This document shows positions 40,998 to 53,214 of a stretch of DNA of 64,000 nucleotides, piece after piece (within the stretch, counting starts at the first letter, position 1; every line of letters starts with the position of its first letter). The stretch is taken from assembly GCA_043825875.1 (NCBI GenBank), contig JBDRRF010000049.1:1-64000 (forward strand), given 5' to 3'. The notes beneath the pieces are model-generated. The model was not told the DNA's origin. It saw only the letters and a list, made by a program, of their open reading frames with translations, and made no database searches. Source of the stretch: Pseudomonadota bacterium (GTDB taxonomy: Bacteria; Desulfobacterota; Desulfobacteria; Desulfobacterales; RPRI01). The position numbers were made by a program, and so were the translations under genes.

Positions 40998-43715
40998 ATG
41001 CCCCGTTATCGTAAAACACTATATATCATACTCTGCTTGTTAATATTTTTTACAGGTTATATCTCAATAACTTATTTCTATAAATTTATCTTAAACTATG
41101 TCGAGTCAAAATTACTTCCCGAAACGGCAAAAGAAATCGGAATTGATAACCTGCGTTTTAAAATTCAAAAGGCAGGCTTATTTGGGGCCGATATAGCCTA
41201 TATATCTACAGGACGGGATAACATAGACTCACCATCAATTGATTCGCTTCATATTGAATATGATCCCATAGGGCTTTATAAAAAATATATCAAAAAAGTT
41301 GTCATAAATGGAGTCCGTATTGAATGCGAATTTAACAATGGAAAATTTAATATCCGCGGATTCGATTGGCAAAATTTTATACGAGCACTTCAATCAAAAA
41401 AAAGTACTCCATCAGAAAATATCAAATCCTTTCCTGTAGAAAGTATTGAATTACGCAATTCAACTATTTCCGCGCATTTAAAAAACCAAAACATAGATAT
41501 TCCGATTGACTTAAAAATTGTTCCTCATAATATAAATAAAAGCTTGATCGATTGTCTTCTTAATCTATATCCACGTGATACACATATTAAGATAGCATCT
41601 AAGATCAATCTGGATACAAATCAAGCAGAAATCTTTTTTGGCACAAAGCAAATTTCTTTCGAGCGCTTTTCCGATTTCTCAAGTTTTATTCCTGATACAA
41701 CTATTTCAGGTTCTGCCGATATCGATGGAAAGATGCAAATAAAATTATCTCCATTTAAGATATCTTCCATGTCATGTTCCACATCTGCTTACAACCTTTC
41801 TGCATCTTACAATAACATTAATCTGATAAATTCTATAGATGAAATAAGCGGTAAAAAGATGCCCGTTATTTTTGATATCAGAAACAGTGGAGATAATAAA
41901 TGGATTTTTTCCGCAACCACTTTTTTAGTTAATTCGCCTTTTACGATGAATATATCAGGTATAAAATGTAATATTGTTAAAAGTGAGGATATGGTTAATG
42001 CCAGTGGCAATTTTTATGCACTTGCCGGAGGGAAAACTCCTGTCCGAATTAAATCGGATTACTACCTGAGTTTATCAAATAAAGGAAAATGGAATTTTAA
42101 GATATCCGGTGCTTCCATAAAAGGCCGGAATGCTTCTCAAATACCCATAAATATTAAAGGCCTTGATATTTTATCAAATAATTTAAATTTTGTTGTATCA
42201 GGAAAAGGAAACGATAAAAAAAGTTATTTAAAATATTTAGCGTCAATTTCAGGACTTGGCGCATCTAATAAAAGACTTTCTTTAAAAACACCCAAGATAT
42301 CTCTTAGCGGAAATGCAGATATAGTTAAATCTAATGTAAGAGGGTCTCTTAATATAAATTCCGACAATACCATAATAACAACTGATTCGTTAAAAACCAC
42401 CATTCCTGCGTTTTCAATATCCGGAAATTTTAAAAAGGATTTGAAAACGGATTTGCAGTGTAACGGGAAAATACAATTCAATGATGTAAATATCACAGAT
42501 CAGAAACTACAAGTAAATATATCCGGTATCGGCGGAATATTGCCTTTTAAATGGCCTTTTGTGGATACAAAATCCGAGGGCACCGTTTTTGCAAAAACAA
42601 TTTTGTGGAAAAATATAGATCTTGGCTCGTTTTCAGGATCAGTAAGACAAAATAATTCAGGCTTAATCTATAAAGGCCGGTATACGAACATTCCGTTTAA
42701 AGGAATGAATCTTGATTTTTCAGGGTATACTGATTTGCTTTCCCCAAATAGTTATGAAACCGAAATCAGCATTAACATGCATAAATATAAACTGTCTTCA
42801 GGAAGTGATATAAACAGATTATTCCCACAGGCAAAAGGTTTGTCTTTCGGAGGTGAAGCGCAATTAAACGGCAAACTAAGGTTTAAAGAAAACAAGTTTA
42901 CAGGATTTATTAAAGCAAATATTGAAGAAGGATTGTTTAACTACAAAGACAAGGGAATTCTTATTGAAGGAATTAAAATTAATCTTAATTTGCCGAATCT
43001 GCCTTCTGTATCAAGTGCTCCTAAACAACAGCTTGCTTTCGGCAAGGCATCAATAGGATCGATTCAATTATCAGATGGCAAACTTGATTTTCAAATTGAA
43101 TCGGCCGAATCCTTTTTTATTGAAAAATGCCGTTTTAAATGGTGTGATGGGTCTGTAAACACTAATTCTTTAAGAATTTCGTCTCTGAATAAAGATTTGA
43201 GCCTTATATTATTTTGTGACCGGATTAATCTTGCAAAGTTGATTGAACAATTTGGTGTTGCCAAAGCAGAAGGAATAGGAGCTGTAAACGGCACCATACC
43301 TATTGAATACAGCGATGGCAAATTGATTTTTGCAGATGGGTTTCTTTATTCTACCCCCGGAGATGGCGGCATTATTCATCTTGCCGAAGCTAAGATTCTT
43401 GCTCAAAACCTGATTCCAGGTACCAATCAATTTGCACAAATAGAGCTTACGATAGAAGCGCTCAAAAATTATAAATACGATTGGGCTAAACTGAAATTTT
43501 CAAGTGCAGAAGAGAATCTTTTGTTAAACTTGCAGTTTGACGGAAAGCCGGTTAACACTTTGCCGTTTATTTATGATAAAAAAACAGGTGGTTTTGTGCG
43601 AGTTAAATCAGCAGAGGAAGGCTCAAATTTCCAGGGAATACGTCTTGATATAAACCTTACTATTCCTCTTGACAAAGTTTTATATTACAAGGATGCTATA
43701 AATAAAAACCGATAA
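40998..43715 (+). CDS. YdbH-like intermembrane (AsmA-like) protein
   Basis: N-terminal TM, long beta-rich body, C-terminal G.G.VNG.IP...GG.I...EAL.N..Y; followed by ynbE-like and ydbL-like genes. Confidence 0.8.
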   Translation: MPRYRKTLYIILCLLIFFTGYISITYFYKFILNYVESKLLPETAKEIGIDNLRFKIQKAGLFGADIAYISTGRDNIDSPSIDSLHIEYDPIGLYKKYIKKVVINGVRIECEFNNGKFNIRGFDWQNFIRALQSKKSTPSENIKSFPVESIELRNSTISAHLKNQNIDIPIDLKIVPHNINKSLIDCLLNLYPRDTHIKIASKINLDTNQAEIFFGTKQISFERFSDFSSFIPDTTISGSADIDGKMQIKLSPFKISSMSCSTSAYNLSASYNNINLINSIDEISGKKMPVIFDIRNSGDNKWIFSATTFLVNSPFTMNISGIKCNIVKSEDMVNASGNFYALAGGKTPVRIKSDYYLSLSNKGKWNFKISGASIKGRNASQIPINIKGLDILSNNLNFVVSGKGNDKKSYLKYLASISGLGASNKRLSLKTPKISLSGNADIVKSNVRGSLNINSDNTIITTDSLKTTIPAFSISGNFKKDLKTDLQCNGKIQFNDVNITDQKLQVNISGIGGILPFKWPFVDTKSEGTVFAKTILWKNIDLGSFSGSVRQNNSGLIYKGRYTNIPFKGMNLDFSGYTDLLSPNSYETEISINMHKYKLSSGSDINRLFPQAKGLSFGGEAQLNGKLRFKENKFTGFIKANIEEGLFNYKDKGILIEGIKINLNLPNLPSVSSAPKQQLAFGKASIGSIQLSDGKLDFQIESAESFFIEKCRFKWCDGSVNTNSLRISSLNKDLSLILFCDRINLAKLIEQFGVAKAEGIGAVNGTIPIEYSDGKLIFADGFLYSTPGDGGIIHLAEAKILAQNLIPGTNQFAQIELTIEALKNYKYDWAKLKFSSAEENLLLNLQFDGKPVNTLPFIYDKKTGGFVRVKSAEEGSNFQGIRLDINLTIPLDKVLYYKDAINKNR

Positions 43716-43811
43716 ATCCCGTTAAAGAAATACATAATATTTCTTAACTTCTGACAACTCCATTAATATAGACCATTCAAAAAATAACAATTAACCTGTA
43801 AGGATGTGCTT

Positions 43812-43997
43812 ATGATAAAAAAAATCATGATTCTTTTTGGCGTATTATCTGTTTTTTTAATTCCGGCATGTTACACTCATCATGAAGTAGCTCTGGCGCC
43901 TGTTGAAATTAAACCTATACACATTGTAATTGATGTTAACATAAAAGTTGACAGAGCGCTTGATGACTTTTTCGGAGATATTGATAAAGCTAAATAA
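43812..43997 (+). CDS. YnbE-like lipoprotein
   Basis: Lipobox IPAC, KPIHIVIDVNIKVD...DDFF. Confidence 0.75.
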   Translation: MIKKIMILFGVLSVFLIPACYTHHEVALAPVEIKPIHIVIDVNIKVDRALDDFFGDIDKAK

Positions 43998-44034
43998 TAA
44001 ATCAATTATGTATCATATGAAGGAGATAAAACAA

Positions 44035-44421
44035 ATGACAACCAATAAAAGTATAGGAATAACTGTTTTTGCTATGGTGATGATTTTTACCTGCTGTGTT
44101 TCGTTTGCTCTTGACGCAAAAGAAATAAAAGCGAGAATGCTCGAAAGGGTTCCCATTATCCAGACTTTAAAATCAAATGGAACAATTGGTGAAAATAATC
44201 TTGGATATCTTGAAATAATGCCGGAAAGCAAAGCAGGCGATAATGATAAGATTATTGCAAATGATGAAAACAGCGACAGAAAAGCTGTTTATACAGCTAT
44301 AGCAAAACAACAGGGAACAGATGTTTCCCTTGTCGGTAAACGCCGGGCATTGCAAATCATCGAAAACGCAGAACCGGGTGAATGGCTGCAAGATGCAGCA
44401 GGAAAATGGTTTAAGAAGTAA
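44035..44421 (+). CDS. YdbL (DUF1318) family protein
   Basis: Signal peptide, G.IGE...GYL, EN.DR..VY..IA, PGEW.Q...GKW; AGGAG RBS before 44035. Confidence 0.85.
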   Translation: MTTNKSIGITVFAMVMIFTCCVSFALDAKEIKARMLERVPIIQTLKSNGTIGENNLGYLEIMPESKAGDNDKIIANDENSDRKAVYTAIAKQQGTDVSLVGKRRALQIIENAEPGEWLQDAAGKWFKK

Positions 44422-44450
44422 TGGTAAAAAAAGATAAATGGAGAATAAAC

Positions 44451-44957
44451 ATGAGTTATAAGAATATTTACCCTAAGTATTTTTTGATGATAGCATTAAT
44501 GATTTTAACCATAACCTTCTTTCCTAAGGCAGCACATTCAGGGCATACGGATATACTTCTTCTAAGCTGTATGGATTATCGCCTTATAAATGAAACTGAA
44601 AGTTATATGACCAATCGCGGATTACGTGATAAATATGACCACGTCATTTTAGCCGGGGCCTCTTTAGGCGCAACAACGGACAAATATCCTGCCTGGAATC
44701 AGACATTTTGGGATCATCTGGATGTGGCGATTAAACTTCATAGTATAAAAAAAGTTGTAGTCCTGGATCATAGGGACTGTGGGGCATATAAGGTAATCTT
44801 AGGTGAAGATTTTTCAAAAGATCCTAAAAAAGAAAAATCAGTTCACATAGATAAGCTATCAGCTTTGGCAAAACAGATAAAAGCAAAATATCCAAACCTT
44901 GAAATTGAACTACTTCTAATGGATCTGTCCGGTAATGTCGAAACAGTTTCTGATTAG
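44451..44957 (+). CDS. Exported beta-class carbonic anhydrase
   Basis: Signal peptide, CMDYR and H.DCG zinc ligands. Confidence 0.85.
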   Translation: MSYKNIYPKYFLMIALMILTITFFPKAAHSGHTDILLLSCMDYRLINETESYMTNRGLRDKYDHVILAGASLGATTDKYPAWNQTFWDHLDVAIKLHSIKKVVVLDHRDCGAYKVILGEDFSKDPKKEKSVHIDKLSALAKQIKAKYPNLEIELLLMDLSGNVETVSD

Positions 44958-45020
44958 GATAACTTGTATGAAATAATGCTCATTTAATTCAAAGCATAAA
45001 CAGGCTTTTTTAAAACGCCG

Positions 45021-46037
45021 TCAGCTTTTTCGAATTTCTTCTTTAAGAAGACAGCAGGCTATTTTGTATTCAGAACTTCCGTTTTCTTTATAGCTTAAAT
45101 TGCCTGGTTGTATAAGTTTATTCATTACACAGCCTTCGGGAATAGACAGATTAAAAAGGTCTGTTTCATTTATTTTGGCAGTTTTAACCAGCTCATTACC
45201 GTTAAATTCCATACCATGGACAGGATAATCCTCGCACAAAGGACATCTGTATACTCTTCCGTTTGGAAAAATAAAATAATTTTCAGCCACAAGTCCGGCA
45301 CACTCAAATTTATCATCGGGCCCTAAAAACACTTTGGGATAAGTTACAGTGATGCCTTTTTGCGCAATCTTGTCAGCGATTTTCGGGATAATATCAAGCC
45401 ACTTTTCCCGTGAAACTTGAGGATTATCTATTCCTACTAAAGATTCATCCTTTGCTGTCTTACCCCTTATTCCAATAACCTGGATAAAAAACCTTCCTAT
45501 TTTAAGATCAGACAACAACGGTTCCATTTTTGCGAGTTCATCTATATTGGCACTGCTTACAGTATATATCAGGCTTGTATTAAATCCTTTTGATACCGAT
45601 GACTTTATTCCCGAAATACATCTGTCATAAGAACCCTTTCCTCTTATCTTGTCATTTGTCGTACTTGTTGCACCATCAAGGCTGAAGCTGATATAGTCAA
45701 TATCTTTGGGCTCTATTTTTGACAAAAACTCATTAAATAGATAGCCGTTTGTATCAACAGTTACAGATTTATATCCGATTTTTTTTGCGTACTTTACAGC
45801 TTGGGATAAGTCGGGGTGCAGGGTGGGCTCACCGCCTAAAAAAACAACGTTTGCTATTTTGCTTTTTACAGCAAATGCATCAAGCCAGGCTTTTATTGTG
45901 TCTATAGAAAGTGTGATATTTCCGTGCTGTTTTTTATTGATATAACAGTGCAGGCAGTTAAGGTTACAATTTGTAAGAATATGAAAAAAAATATTGGTAG
46001 AATTTTTTGAAAATGAAACAGTTTTTTTTTCTTTCAT
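45021..46037 (-). CDS. Radical SAM protein
   Basis: CNLNCLHC, GGEP, DTNG, SLDG; Cys-rich C-terminus. Confidence 0.88.
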   Translation of the reverse strand: MKEKKTVSFSKNSTNIFFHILTNCNLNCLHCYINKKQHGNITLSIDTIKAWLDAFAVKSKIANVVFLGGEPTLHPDLSQAVKYAKKIGYKSVTVDTNGYLFNEFLSKIEPKDIDYISFSLDGATSTTNDKIRGKGSYDRCISGIKSSVSKGFNTSLIYTVSSANIDELAKMEPLLSDLKIGRFFIQVIGIRGKTAKDESLVGIDNPQVSREKWLDIIPKIADKIAQKGITVTYPKVFLGPDDKFECAGLVAENYFIFPNGRVYRCPLCEDYPVHGMEFNGNELVKTAKINETDLFNLSIPEGCVMNKLIQPGNLSYKENGSSEYKIACCLLKEEIRKS

Positions 46038-46543
46038 TGAGCTTTTCTTTTAAGGCTTTCTGTCTCCTTTTTGGCTTTTATAAGCTCTTCGTTTGTCAGG
46101 CGTAGCCTAATGGACATATATTCCGCAAAAATTCTGTATAACAACAAAAGAAAATCAAGCTGTTCATCTCTATCGCCGTCTTTTAGTTTCTTTTGCGCCG
46201 ATGTATCAACCGCCAGGCATACAGTTTTACCAAGAGCGTAGACAGAAGCCGAACGGCTAAGAGTGTCGATAATTCTCATCTCTCCGAAAATTTCGCCTTT
46301 TTTATCAATTACTACAATATCAAAATTTTCTTTCGCTACTCTTACGCTTCCGCTGAGAAGGAAATAAAGCCAAGTGTCTTTTTCCCCTTCCATAATTATC
46401 AACTCACCATCTTCATACTCCCTGATCTTACTAAGGCGTAAAAGCTTTGCAAGGCTTTGTATTTCAAAATGCTTTAGCGTTGGAATGTTCATCAGCTTTT
46501 GAATATTCTGCATATTATCCTGAAGATACTTCGACTCAATCAT
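46034..46543 (-). CDS. Cyclic-nucleotide-binding domain protein
   Basis: EGE...LYF.LSG.V, GEIFGEM, RSASV.A. Confidence 0.88.
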   Translation of the reverse strand: MIESKYLQDNMQNIQKLMNIPTLKHFEIQSLAKLLRLSKIREYEDGELIIMEGEKDTWLYFLLSGSVRVAKENFDIVVIDKKGEIFGEMRIIDTLSRSASVYALGKTVCLAVDTSAQKKLKDGDRDEQLDFLLLLYRIFAEYMSIRLRLTNEELIKAKKETESLKRKAQ

Positions 46544-46625
46544 AACGCCTCCTGCATAAGAAGATCATATAATATATATATAGAATTTGTTTACATATAA
46601 CATTTGGCTAATAACATGCAATAAT

Positions 46626-48083
46626 TTATTTTTCAAGACAGTCTTTTGATAAATATTCATCGAATTCAACCGGATAACAACCGTCAAAACAAGCTTTGCA
46701 AAAACTGTTTTCAGGGTTTTTAATTCCTGTTGATTGCAAAAGTCCGTCTATGCTCAAATAGTAAAGAGAATCAAGCCCAAGAATATCTTTAAGCTCAGAA
46801 ACTGAATTGGTGGCGGCTATAAGTTCTCCACTTGTAGAAAAGTCTATACCATAATGACATGGAAATCGATGCGGTGGACCGCTTACACGCATATGCACCT
46901 TATTTACTCCAAGTGCGCGAAGTGATTTTACTCTGGTTTTAACGGTAGTTCCTCTTATTATTGAATCTTCTATAATTACTATATCTTTGCCTTTAAGAAT
47001 CTCTTTTACAGGATTTAGTTTTACTCTTACTCCAAAATCACGCATACTTTGTGTGGGCTGTATAAAAGTTCTTCCGATATAATGGTTTCGTATCATTCCC
47101 ATCTCAAACGGAATTCCCGATTCTTCCGAAAACCCTAAAGCAGCATAAGTTCCTGAATCCGGAAAAGGCATAACCAAATCGGCATTGGTAGGATACTCTT
47201 TGGCAAGACGGCGTCCATGGGCCTTTCTTATCTGATAAACATTTTTACCGAATATAGTGCTGTCGGGCCTTGCAAAATATATAAATTCAAATATGCAAAG
47301 AGACTTGTTCCTGCAATCTGTAGTTTTAATGCTTTTAAGCCCGTCCTTATTTATTATGACGATTTCGCCGGGTTCAAGTTCTCTTACAAACTCAGCTTCA
47401 ATAAGGTCAAGCGCACAAGATTCAGATGAAAGAACATAGCTACCATTAACTTTACCTAAACACAAAGGACGAAAGCCATTTGGGTCTTTTATTCCTATTA
47501 CATCACCCTCATTTGTAAGTGCTATAAATGAAAATGCGCCTTTTAATTTTGAAACCGTTTCAACAAGAGCCTTCTCAAGTCCTAATTTGAGATTTTTTAC
47601 AAGAAGATGGAGAAAAATCTCACTGTCTATTGTGGTTTGAAAAATAGAACCGTTTTCTTCAAGCTCATTTTTCAAAGCTAACGCATTGACAAGGTTGCCA
47701 TTATGGGCAACAGCAAAAGACTTTTTCTTATGAAAAACAACAAATGGCTGGGCATTTGAAAGGATGGAACTTCCTGTAGTAGAGTATCTTACATGGCCTA
47801 TGGAATTAAATCCTTTAAGATGTTCAAAATGGTGAATATCAAACACTTCAGGCACTAGCCCCATACCCTTGTGGTCAAATATTTTATTGTCTCTTGCAAC
47901 AGCAATGCCGGCGCTTTCCTGGCCTCTGTGCTGAAGAGCATACAAACCGAAATATGTAAGTTTTGATGCTTCCGGATGACCATAAATTCCAAATATTCCG
48001 CACGCCTCACGAGGTTTGTCATCAAAACGAGAGTCATCTTCCATAGTATTTGAATCCGGGTTATTTGTCACTTGATTTAACAT
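46626..48083 (-). CDS. purF: Amidophosphoribosyltransferase
   Basis: CGIFG after a propeptide, LQHRGQE, GHVRYSTTG, CIFEFIYFARPDS, DSIIRGTT, CKACF. Confidence 0.96.
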   Translation of the reverse strand: MLNQVTNNPDSNTMEDDSRFDDKPREACGIFGIYGHPEASKLTYFGLYALQHRGQESAGIAVARDNKIFDHKGMGLVPEVFDIHHFEHLKGFNSIGHVRYSTTGSSILSNAQPFVVFHKKKSFAVAHNGNLVNALALKNELEENGSIFQTTIDSEIFLHLLVKNLKLGLEKALVETVSKLKGAFSFIALTNEGDVIGIKDPNGFRPLCLGKVNGSYVLSSESCALDLIEAEFVRELEPGEIVIINKDGLKSIKTTDCRNKSLCIFEFIYFARPDSTIFGKNVYQIRKAHGRRLAKEYPTNADLVMPFPDSGTYAALGFSEESGIPFEMGMIRNHYIGRTFIQPTQSMRDFGVRVKLNPVKEILKGKDIVIIEDSIIRGTTVKTRVKSLRALGVNKVHMRVSGPPHRFPCHYGIDFSTSGELIAATNSVSELKDILGLDSLYYLSIDGLLQSTGIKNPENSFCKACFDGCYPVEFDEYLSKDCLEK

Positions 48084-48095
48084 TCCTTGTAAATT

Positions 48096-51000
48096 TTAAT
48101 TTTTAAGATTGTAGTCTTGTAAAGCTTTTACTGATAGTTTTTTACCTTTTAGTTCTTCTATTCCTCTGCAAATAGCCAAGGCTCCCGGAATTGTTGTGAT
48201 GCAAGGAACATTGTATTTAATAGCCGCACGGCGTATTTCATAGCCATCGCGCATCGGTTCTGCTCCTGTTCCGGTATTTATGATAATATTAAGCTGCTTG
48301 TTTTTGATAGCATCAACTACATGAGGGCGTCCCATAGATACTTTATTAATAATTTCATTAGCTATTTTATGTTCGGAAAGATATTTGGAAGTTCCCTTTG
48401 TTGCAATGATATTAAACCCCATATCATAAAATTTTGAAGCAACGGGAATTACCGCTTTCTTGTCCGAATCCATCACGCTTATAAAGACATTTCCGGTTGT
48501 AGGTATATTCTGCCCTACCGCAAGCTGTGATTTAGCAAATGCAAGTCCGAATGAAGTATCTATTCCCATAACCTCCCCTGTGGACTTCATTTCAGGCCCA
48601 AGAAGAGTATCAACATCAGGAAATCTGTTAAAAGGAAGTGCAACTTCCTTTATAGAAATATGTGTCGGTACTTTTTCGGAAGTTATGCCAAGACCGGAAA
48701 GGCTGCGTCCCAGCATAACTTTTGTGGCAAGTTTTGCAAACGGTATGCCTGTAGCTTTGCTGACAAACGGTATTGTTCTTGAGGCTCTTGGGTTTACTTC
48801 AATAACATAAAGCTTTTCTTCTTTGATGGCATATTGTACGTTCATAAGGCCAACAACTTTTAGCTCGGATGCCATAGCTTTTGTGGCAGCAGTAATCTGA
48901 TCGATAATAGACTGATTGATACTGTGAGGTGGAAGAACGCATGCGGAATCGCCCGAATGAACTCCGGCCGCCTCTATATGTTCCATTATTCCACAAATAA
49001 TAGTTGATTTCCCGTCACAGATTGCATCCACATCAACCTCAACGGCCTCTTCCAGAAACTTGTCTATCAGCACAGGATGCAAGGGAGATGCTTCAATGGC
49101 AATCCTTGTGAAATTTTCAAGATCCTTTCTGTTATACACTATTTTCATGGCTCTACCGCCAAGGACAAAAGATGGTCTTACAATTACGGGGTATCCAATA
49201 GTTTCGGCTATCCGGGCGGCCTCTTTTATATTTAATGCAGTTCCGTTTTCAGGTTGAACCAGGCCAAGTTTTTTCAACATGACCGTAAATTGTTCCCTGT
49301 CTTCCGCTCTGTCTATGCTTTCCGGCTGAGTGCCAATGATTGGAACACCCGCATTAAAAAGAGGTGTCGCAAGATTAAGAGGAGTTTGTCCGCCAAACTG
49401 TACTATAACCCCGAATGGTTTCTCGGTTTCAACTATATTTAAAACATCTTCTTTTGTCAGAGGTTCAAAATAAAGTTTATCGGAAGTATCATAGTCGGTG
49501 CTGACCGTTTCCGGATTACTGTTTACCATGATACTTTCAAGGCCTTCTTCACGGATACCAAATGATGCCTGAACACAGCAGTAATCAAATTCAATCCCCT
49601 GCCCTATTCTGTTCGGACCGCCACCAAGGATCATAATTTTTTTTCTATCCGATACTCTTGCTTCGTTTTCCTCTTCGTAAGTAGAATAATAGTATGGTGT
49701 TGCAGCCTTAAATTCGGCAGCGCAGGTGTCTACAAGTTTATATACCGGCCTTATATTAAATTTTTCACGAAGAACTTTAACGGCATCTTCTGTTGAATCT
49801 GTAAGATACGCAATCTGCACATCGGAAAATCCATAAGATTTTGCCATACGCAAAAGTTCTTCCGAAATATTTGATCCGGCATCTGCGATCTCGGCCTCAA
49901 GATCAACTATTTGTTTTATCTGGTATAAAAACCATGGGTCAATATCTGTCAATTCAAATATTGACTGAACTGACATGCCGTTTAACAGTGCATACCGGAT
50001 ATAAAAAATTCTTTGTGAATTTGGGGTTGAAAGTTTTTTCTCAATTTCATTTATAGATATTTTATTTTCTTCTAAGTCGCATATATCTTTTCCATCTGCG
50101 CCAAGACCGAATCTACCGATTTCAAGTGATCTTAATCCTTTTTGCAGGGCTTCCTTAAAAGTTCTTCCGATAGCCATAGTTTCGCCGATTGATTTCATGG
50201 CGGTAGTCAAAAAATCTTTTGTTTCAGGAAATTTCTCGAAAGTAAACCTTGGTATTTTCACAACACAATAATCAAGAGTTGGTTCAAAAGAAGCAAGCGT
50301 TTCTCCGGTTATATCATTAGGTATTTCATCCAATGTGTATCCTACAGCAAGTTTTGCGGCAATTTTTGCTATTGGAAAACCGGTTGCTTTTGATGCAAGA
50401 GCTGAACTGCGTGAAACACGGGGATTCATCTCAACTACAATCATGTCTCCGTTTATTGGGTTTATTGCAAACTGCACATTAGACCCGCCGGTATCAACAC
50501 CTATTTCTCTCATGATTGCAATAGATGCATTTCGCATTATCTGGTATTCAGCATCGCTTAATGTCTGGGCCGGAGCTACCGTAATACTGTCTCCTGTATG
50601 TATTCCCATTGGATCAAGGTTTTCAATCGAACAAATTATGACAACATTGTCATTTTTGTCCCGCATTACTTCAAGTTCATATTCTTTCCAGCCCAAAACG
50701 GATTCTTCAAGCATTACTTGCCCGATTAAACTTGCATCAAATCCTGATTTTGCTATTAACTCAAGATCTTCAAAATTATAAGCTACTCCTCCTCCTGTGC
50801 CTCCTAAAGTAAAACTTGGCCTTACAATAACCGGAAACCCTATTTGATCCACAATTTCTATTGCCATTTCCATGTTTGTGGCAATTCCGCTTTCCGGTAT
50901 CCTAAGCCCTATTCTATTCATGGCTTGGCGAAACAGGTCTCTGTCTTCTGCTTTATTTATAGACTCGACAGATGCACCGATCATCTCAACTCCGAACTTG

Positions 51001-51326
51001 TCCAAAACACCCATTTTTGCTGTTTCAATAGCTGTGTTAAGACCGGTTTGCCCGCCAAGTGTTGGTAATAGTGCATCAGGGCGTTCTTTTTCTATTATCA
51101 TGGCAAGTATTTCAGGAGTGACCGGCTCAATATATGTCCTGTGGGCCATGTCAGGATCGGTCATAATTGTAGCCGGATTGCTGTTTACCAGTACAACTTC
51201 ATACCCGTCTTCTTTTAAGGCTTTACAGGCTTGAGTTCCTGAATAGTCGAATTCGCAGGCCTGGCTGATTATTATAGGACCTGCGCCAATAATAAGAATT
51301 TTCTTTATATCTGTGCGTTTAGGCAT
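48096..51326 (-). CDS. carB: Carbamoyl-phosphate synthase large subunit
   Basis: [38 protein letters not shown]-terminal MGS domain. Confidence 0.98.
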   Translation of the reverse strand: MPKRTDIKKILIIGAGPIIISQACEFDYSGTQACKALKEDGYEVVLVNSNPATIMTDPDMAHRTYIEPVTPEILAMIIEKERPDALLPTLGGQTGLNTAIETAKMGVLDKFGVEMIGASVESINKAEDRDLFRQAMNRIGLRIPESGIATNMEMAIEIVDQIGFPVIVRPSFTLGGTGGGVAYNFEDLELIAKSGFDASLIGQVMLEESVLGWKEYELEVMRDKNDNVVIICSIENLDPMGIHTGDSITVAPAQTLSDAEYQIMRNASIAIMREIGVDTGGSNVQFAINPINGDMIVVEMNPRVSRSSALASKATGFPIAKIAAKLAVGYTLDEIPNDITGETLASFEPTLDYCVVKIPRFTFEKFPETKDFLTTAMKSIGETMAIGRTFKEALQKGLRSLEIGRFGLGADGKDICDLEENKISINEIEKKLSTPNSQRIFYIRYALLNGMSVQSIFELTDIDPWFLYQIKQIVDLEAEIADAGSNISEELLRMAKSYGFSDVQIAYLTDSTEDAVKVLREKFNIRPVYKLVDTCAAEFKAATPYYYSTYEEENEARVSDRKKIMILGGGPNRIGQGIEFDYCCVQASFGIREEGLESIMVNSNPETVSTDYDTSDKLYFEPLTKEDVLNIVETEKPFGVIVQFGGQTPLNLATPLFNAGVPIIGTQPESIDRAEDREQFTVMLKKLGLVQPENGTALNIKEAARIAETIGYPVIVRPSFVLGGRAMKIVYNRKDLENFTRIAIEASPLHPVLIDKFLEEAVEVDVDAICDGKSTIICGIMEHIEAAGVHSGDSACVLPPHSINQSIIDQITAATKAMASELKVVGLMNVQYAIKEEKLYVIEVNPRASRTIPFVSKATGIPFAKLATKVMLGRSLSGLGITSEKVPTHISIKEVALPFNRFPDVDTLLGPEMKSTGEVMGIDTSFGLAFAKSQLAVGQNIPTTGNVFISVMDSDKKAVIPVASKFYDMGFNIIATKGTSKYLSEHKIANEIINKVSMGRPHVVDAIKNKQLNIIINTGTGAEPMRDGYEIRRAAIKYNVPCITTIPGALAICRGIEELKGKKLSVKALQDYNLKN

Positions 51327-52470
51327 TTTCAATTAACTTTATAAAATCATTAAAAAGATAACGGGAATCGTGAGGACCCGGAGATGCCTCCGGATGATAC
51401 TGAACGGCATAAAGAGGAAGTTTTCGATGCTTAAAGCCTTCCAGGGTATTATCATTAAGATTTATATGGGTTGGTTCTATATCTTTCGAATTTAAGCTTT
51501 TTATATCCACAACAAAACCATGATTCTGCGAAGTTATTTCCACTTTGCCGGTTATTAGATTTTTAACAGGCTGATTGGCTCCCCTGTGCCCGAATTTCAA
51601 TTTGTATGTTTTTCCTCCAAGAGCAAGCCCCAAAAGCTGGTGCCCCAGACAAATGCCAAATATCGGCCTGTATTCCAGAAGTGACCTGATTGTATCTATT
51701 GCATACGATACAGGTTCAGGATCTCCCGGACCATTTGAAAGAAAAATTCCATCAGGAGAAATCGCCTTGACAACCTTTGCATCAGTTGAAGCAGGCACAA
51801 CCAATACTTCAAAGCCTGCATTTTCAAGACATCTTAAAATGTTATATTTTATTCCAAAATCAAAAGCCAATACACAATATTTCTTATTCTTCTTCCATAT
51901 AGATTTATCTAATTTTGTGGTTTCCGGATTTAAGGGATAAATTTTTCCTTCAGACCAGAAATAAGGTTTATTAGTTGCAACTCTTTGAACAAGATCTATT
52001 CCAACCATGCTTGGTATGCTTTTAGCTTTTTTTACAAGAGAAGACGGATCCGTATCAAGCGTTGAAATATAAGCTCTCATAGCCCCGGTGTCTCTGATAT
52101 GTCTTGTAACGGCTCGGGTATCAACATCTTCAATTCCAAGTATGTTTTCATGAATAAGATAATCCCTTAAAGATCCTGTGGATCTGAAATTGCTTGGAAT
52201 ATCCTGATATTCCTTAACTACAAATGCAGACACCTGTATTTTGGCGGACTCAATATCCTCATGATTTACACCATAATTTCCTATCAGAGGATATGTCATA
52301 GTAACCATCTGGCCGCTATATGAAGGATCTGTAATTACTTCCTGGTATCCGGTCATGCTGGTATTAAACACAATTTCTCCAAAGGCCTCACCTTCTCCTG
52401 TAAAACTTCTACAGGCAAAGGTTCTTCCGTCTTCAAGAGCAAGCAGTGCTTTTTTTTTGTTTTCTTTCAT
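51319..52470 (-). CDS. carA: Carbamoyl-phosphate synthase small subunit
   Basis: [34 protein letters not shown]. Confidence 0.97.
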   Translation of the reverse strand: MKENKKKALLALEDGRTFACRSFTGEGEAFGEIVFNTSMTGYQEVITDPSYSGQMVTMTYPLIGNYGVNHEDIESAKIQVSAFVVKEYQDIPSNFRSTGSLRDYLIHENILGIEDVDTRAVTRHIRDTGAMRAYISTLDTDPSSLVKKAKSIPSMVGIDLVQRVATNKPYFWSEGKIYPLNPETTKLDKSIWKKNKKYCVLAFDFGIKYNILRCLENAGFEVLVVPASTDAKVVKAISPDGIFLSNGPGDPEPVSYAIDTIRSLLEYRPIFGICLGHQLLGLALGGKTYKLKFGHRGANQPVKNLITGKVEITSQNHGFVVDIKSLNSKDIEPTHINLNDNTLEGFKHRKLPLYAVQYHPEASPGPHDSRYLFNDFIKLIENA

Positions 52471-52552
52471 ATTATTATCAAACAAGATTTTAAGGGTTGA
52501 ACGGTTTTATAAAAAACCTGGCAATTTCTATCACGTATAATTATTTAATCAA

Positions 52553-52694
52553 GAGCCAATTTCAAAACGTTTCAGTTTGGTCAAGCTCAAGGCGGGAGAA
52601 AATTTCAACCACAGGAATACATTTAGTATTTCGAGGATTGAAATTTGAGCCCAACGCAGAGATCGGCCAAAATGGGGCGTTTTGGAACTGGCTC
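52553..52694 (+). mobile_element. MITE copy 5 (142 bp)
   Basis: TCAA duplicated at 52549-52552 and 52695-52698. Confidence 0.9.
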
Positions 52695-52703
52695 TCAAGA
52701 CTT

Positions 52704-53120
52704 TCATTTAATGATTTTTATAATTTCATCAAGTAAAGGAGGTTTTAAAATCCTCCATTTAGGTTTGATTGCCATACCGTCATGCCACATGAACTCAACA
52801 GCCTCAAAGGTTTCAGGTATAATATGTTCGTTTTTTTCTCCATAATATTTTACCGGATAATATTCAATCCAGAGCATACGGTGATAATCTATTTTAAAAT
52901 CATATGTCACCATTGTAGCGATATGACCTGCACAGCTTCTAACCGACATTTTGCTTTCAGGGACATCCGATACAATAATGATGATCGGGTGTAAAAGCAA
53001 AACCCCTTTTTTCGCCCCTTTTTTCAGGTCATATATGCGAAGCCAACACTTGCCGCTTGCAAGATTCAGCTTGCCGCCCCAACCCTTCCATGAATATATT
53101 TTATCATGTATAAGCATCAT
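52704..53120 (-). CDS. Hypothetical protein
   Basis: 138-aa ORF co-oriented with its neighbours; no family recognised. Confidence 0.65.
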   Translation of the reverse strand: MMLIHDKIYSWKGWGGKLNLASGKCWLRIYDLKKGAKKGVLLLHPIIIIVSDVPESKMSVRSCAGHIATMVTYDFKIDYHRMLWIEYYPVKYYGEKNEHIIPETFEAVEFMWHDGMAIKPKWRILKPPLLDEIIKIIK

Positions 53121-53126
53121 ATCTGA

Positions 53127-53141
53127 TTTTGAAACTGGCTC
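53127..53141 (+). repeat. Solo right end of the MITE
   Basis: TTTTGAAACTGGCTC, matching the MITE right terminus, just upstream of the 53120 start. Confidence 0.7.
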
Positions 53142-53214
53142 TATTGTTTATAGTGTTTTTAACAATATAATTATGCATTATATATTGGTCAACTATTTGA
53201 GGTCTATCCTGTAT

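Noticed and set aside
48460..51234. Numerous 60-150 aa antisense ORFs inside carB and other housekeeping genes
   Set aside because: They are shadow ORFs of well-supported genes and show no motifs.
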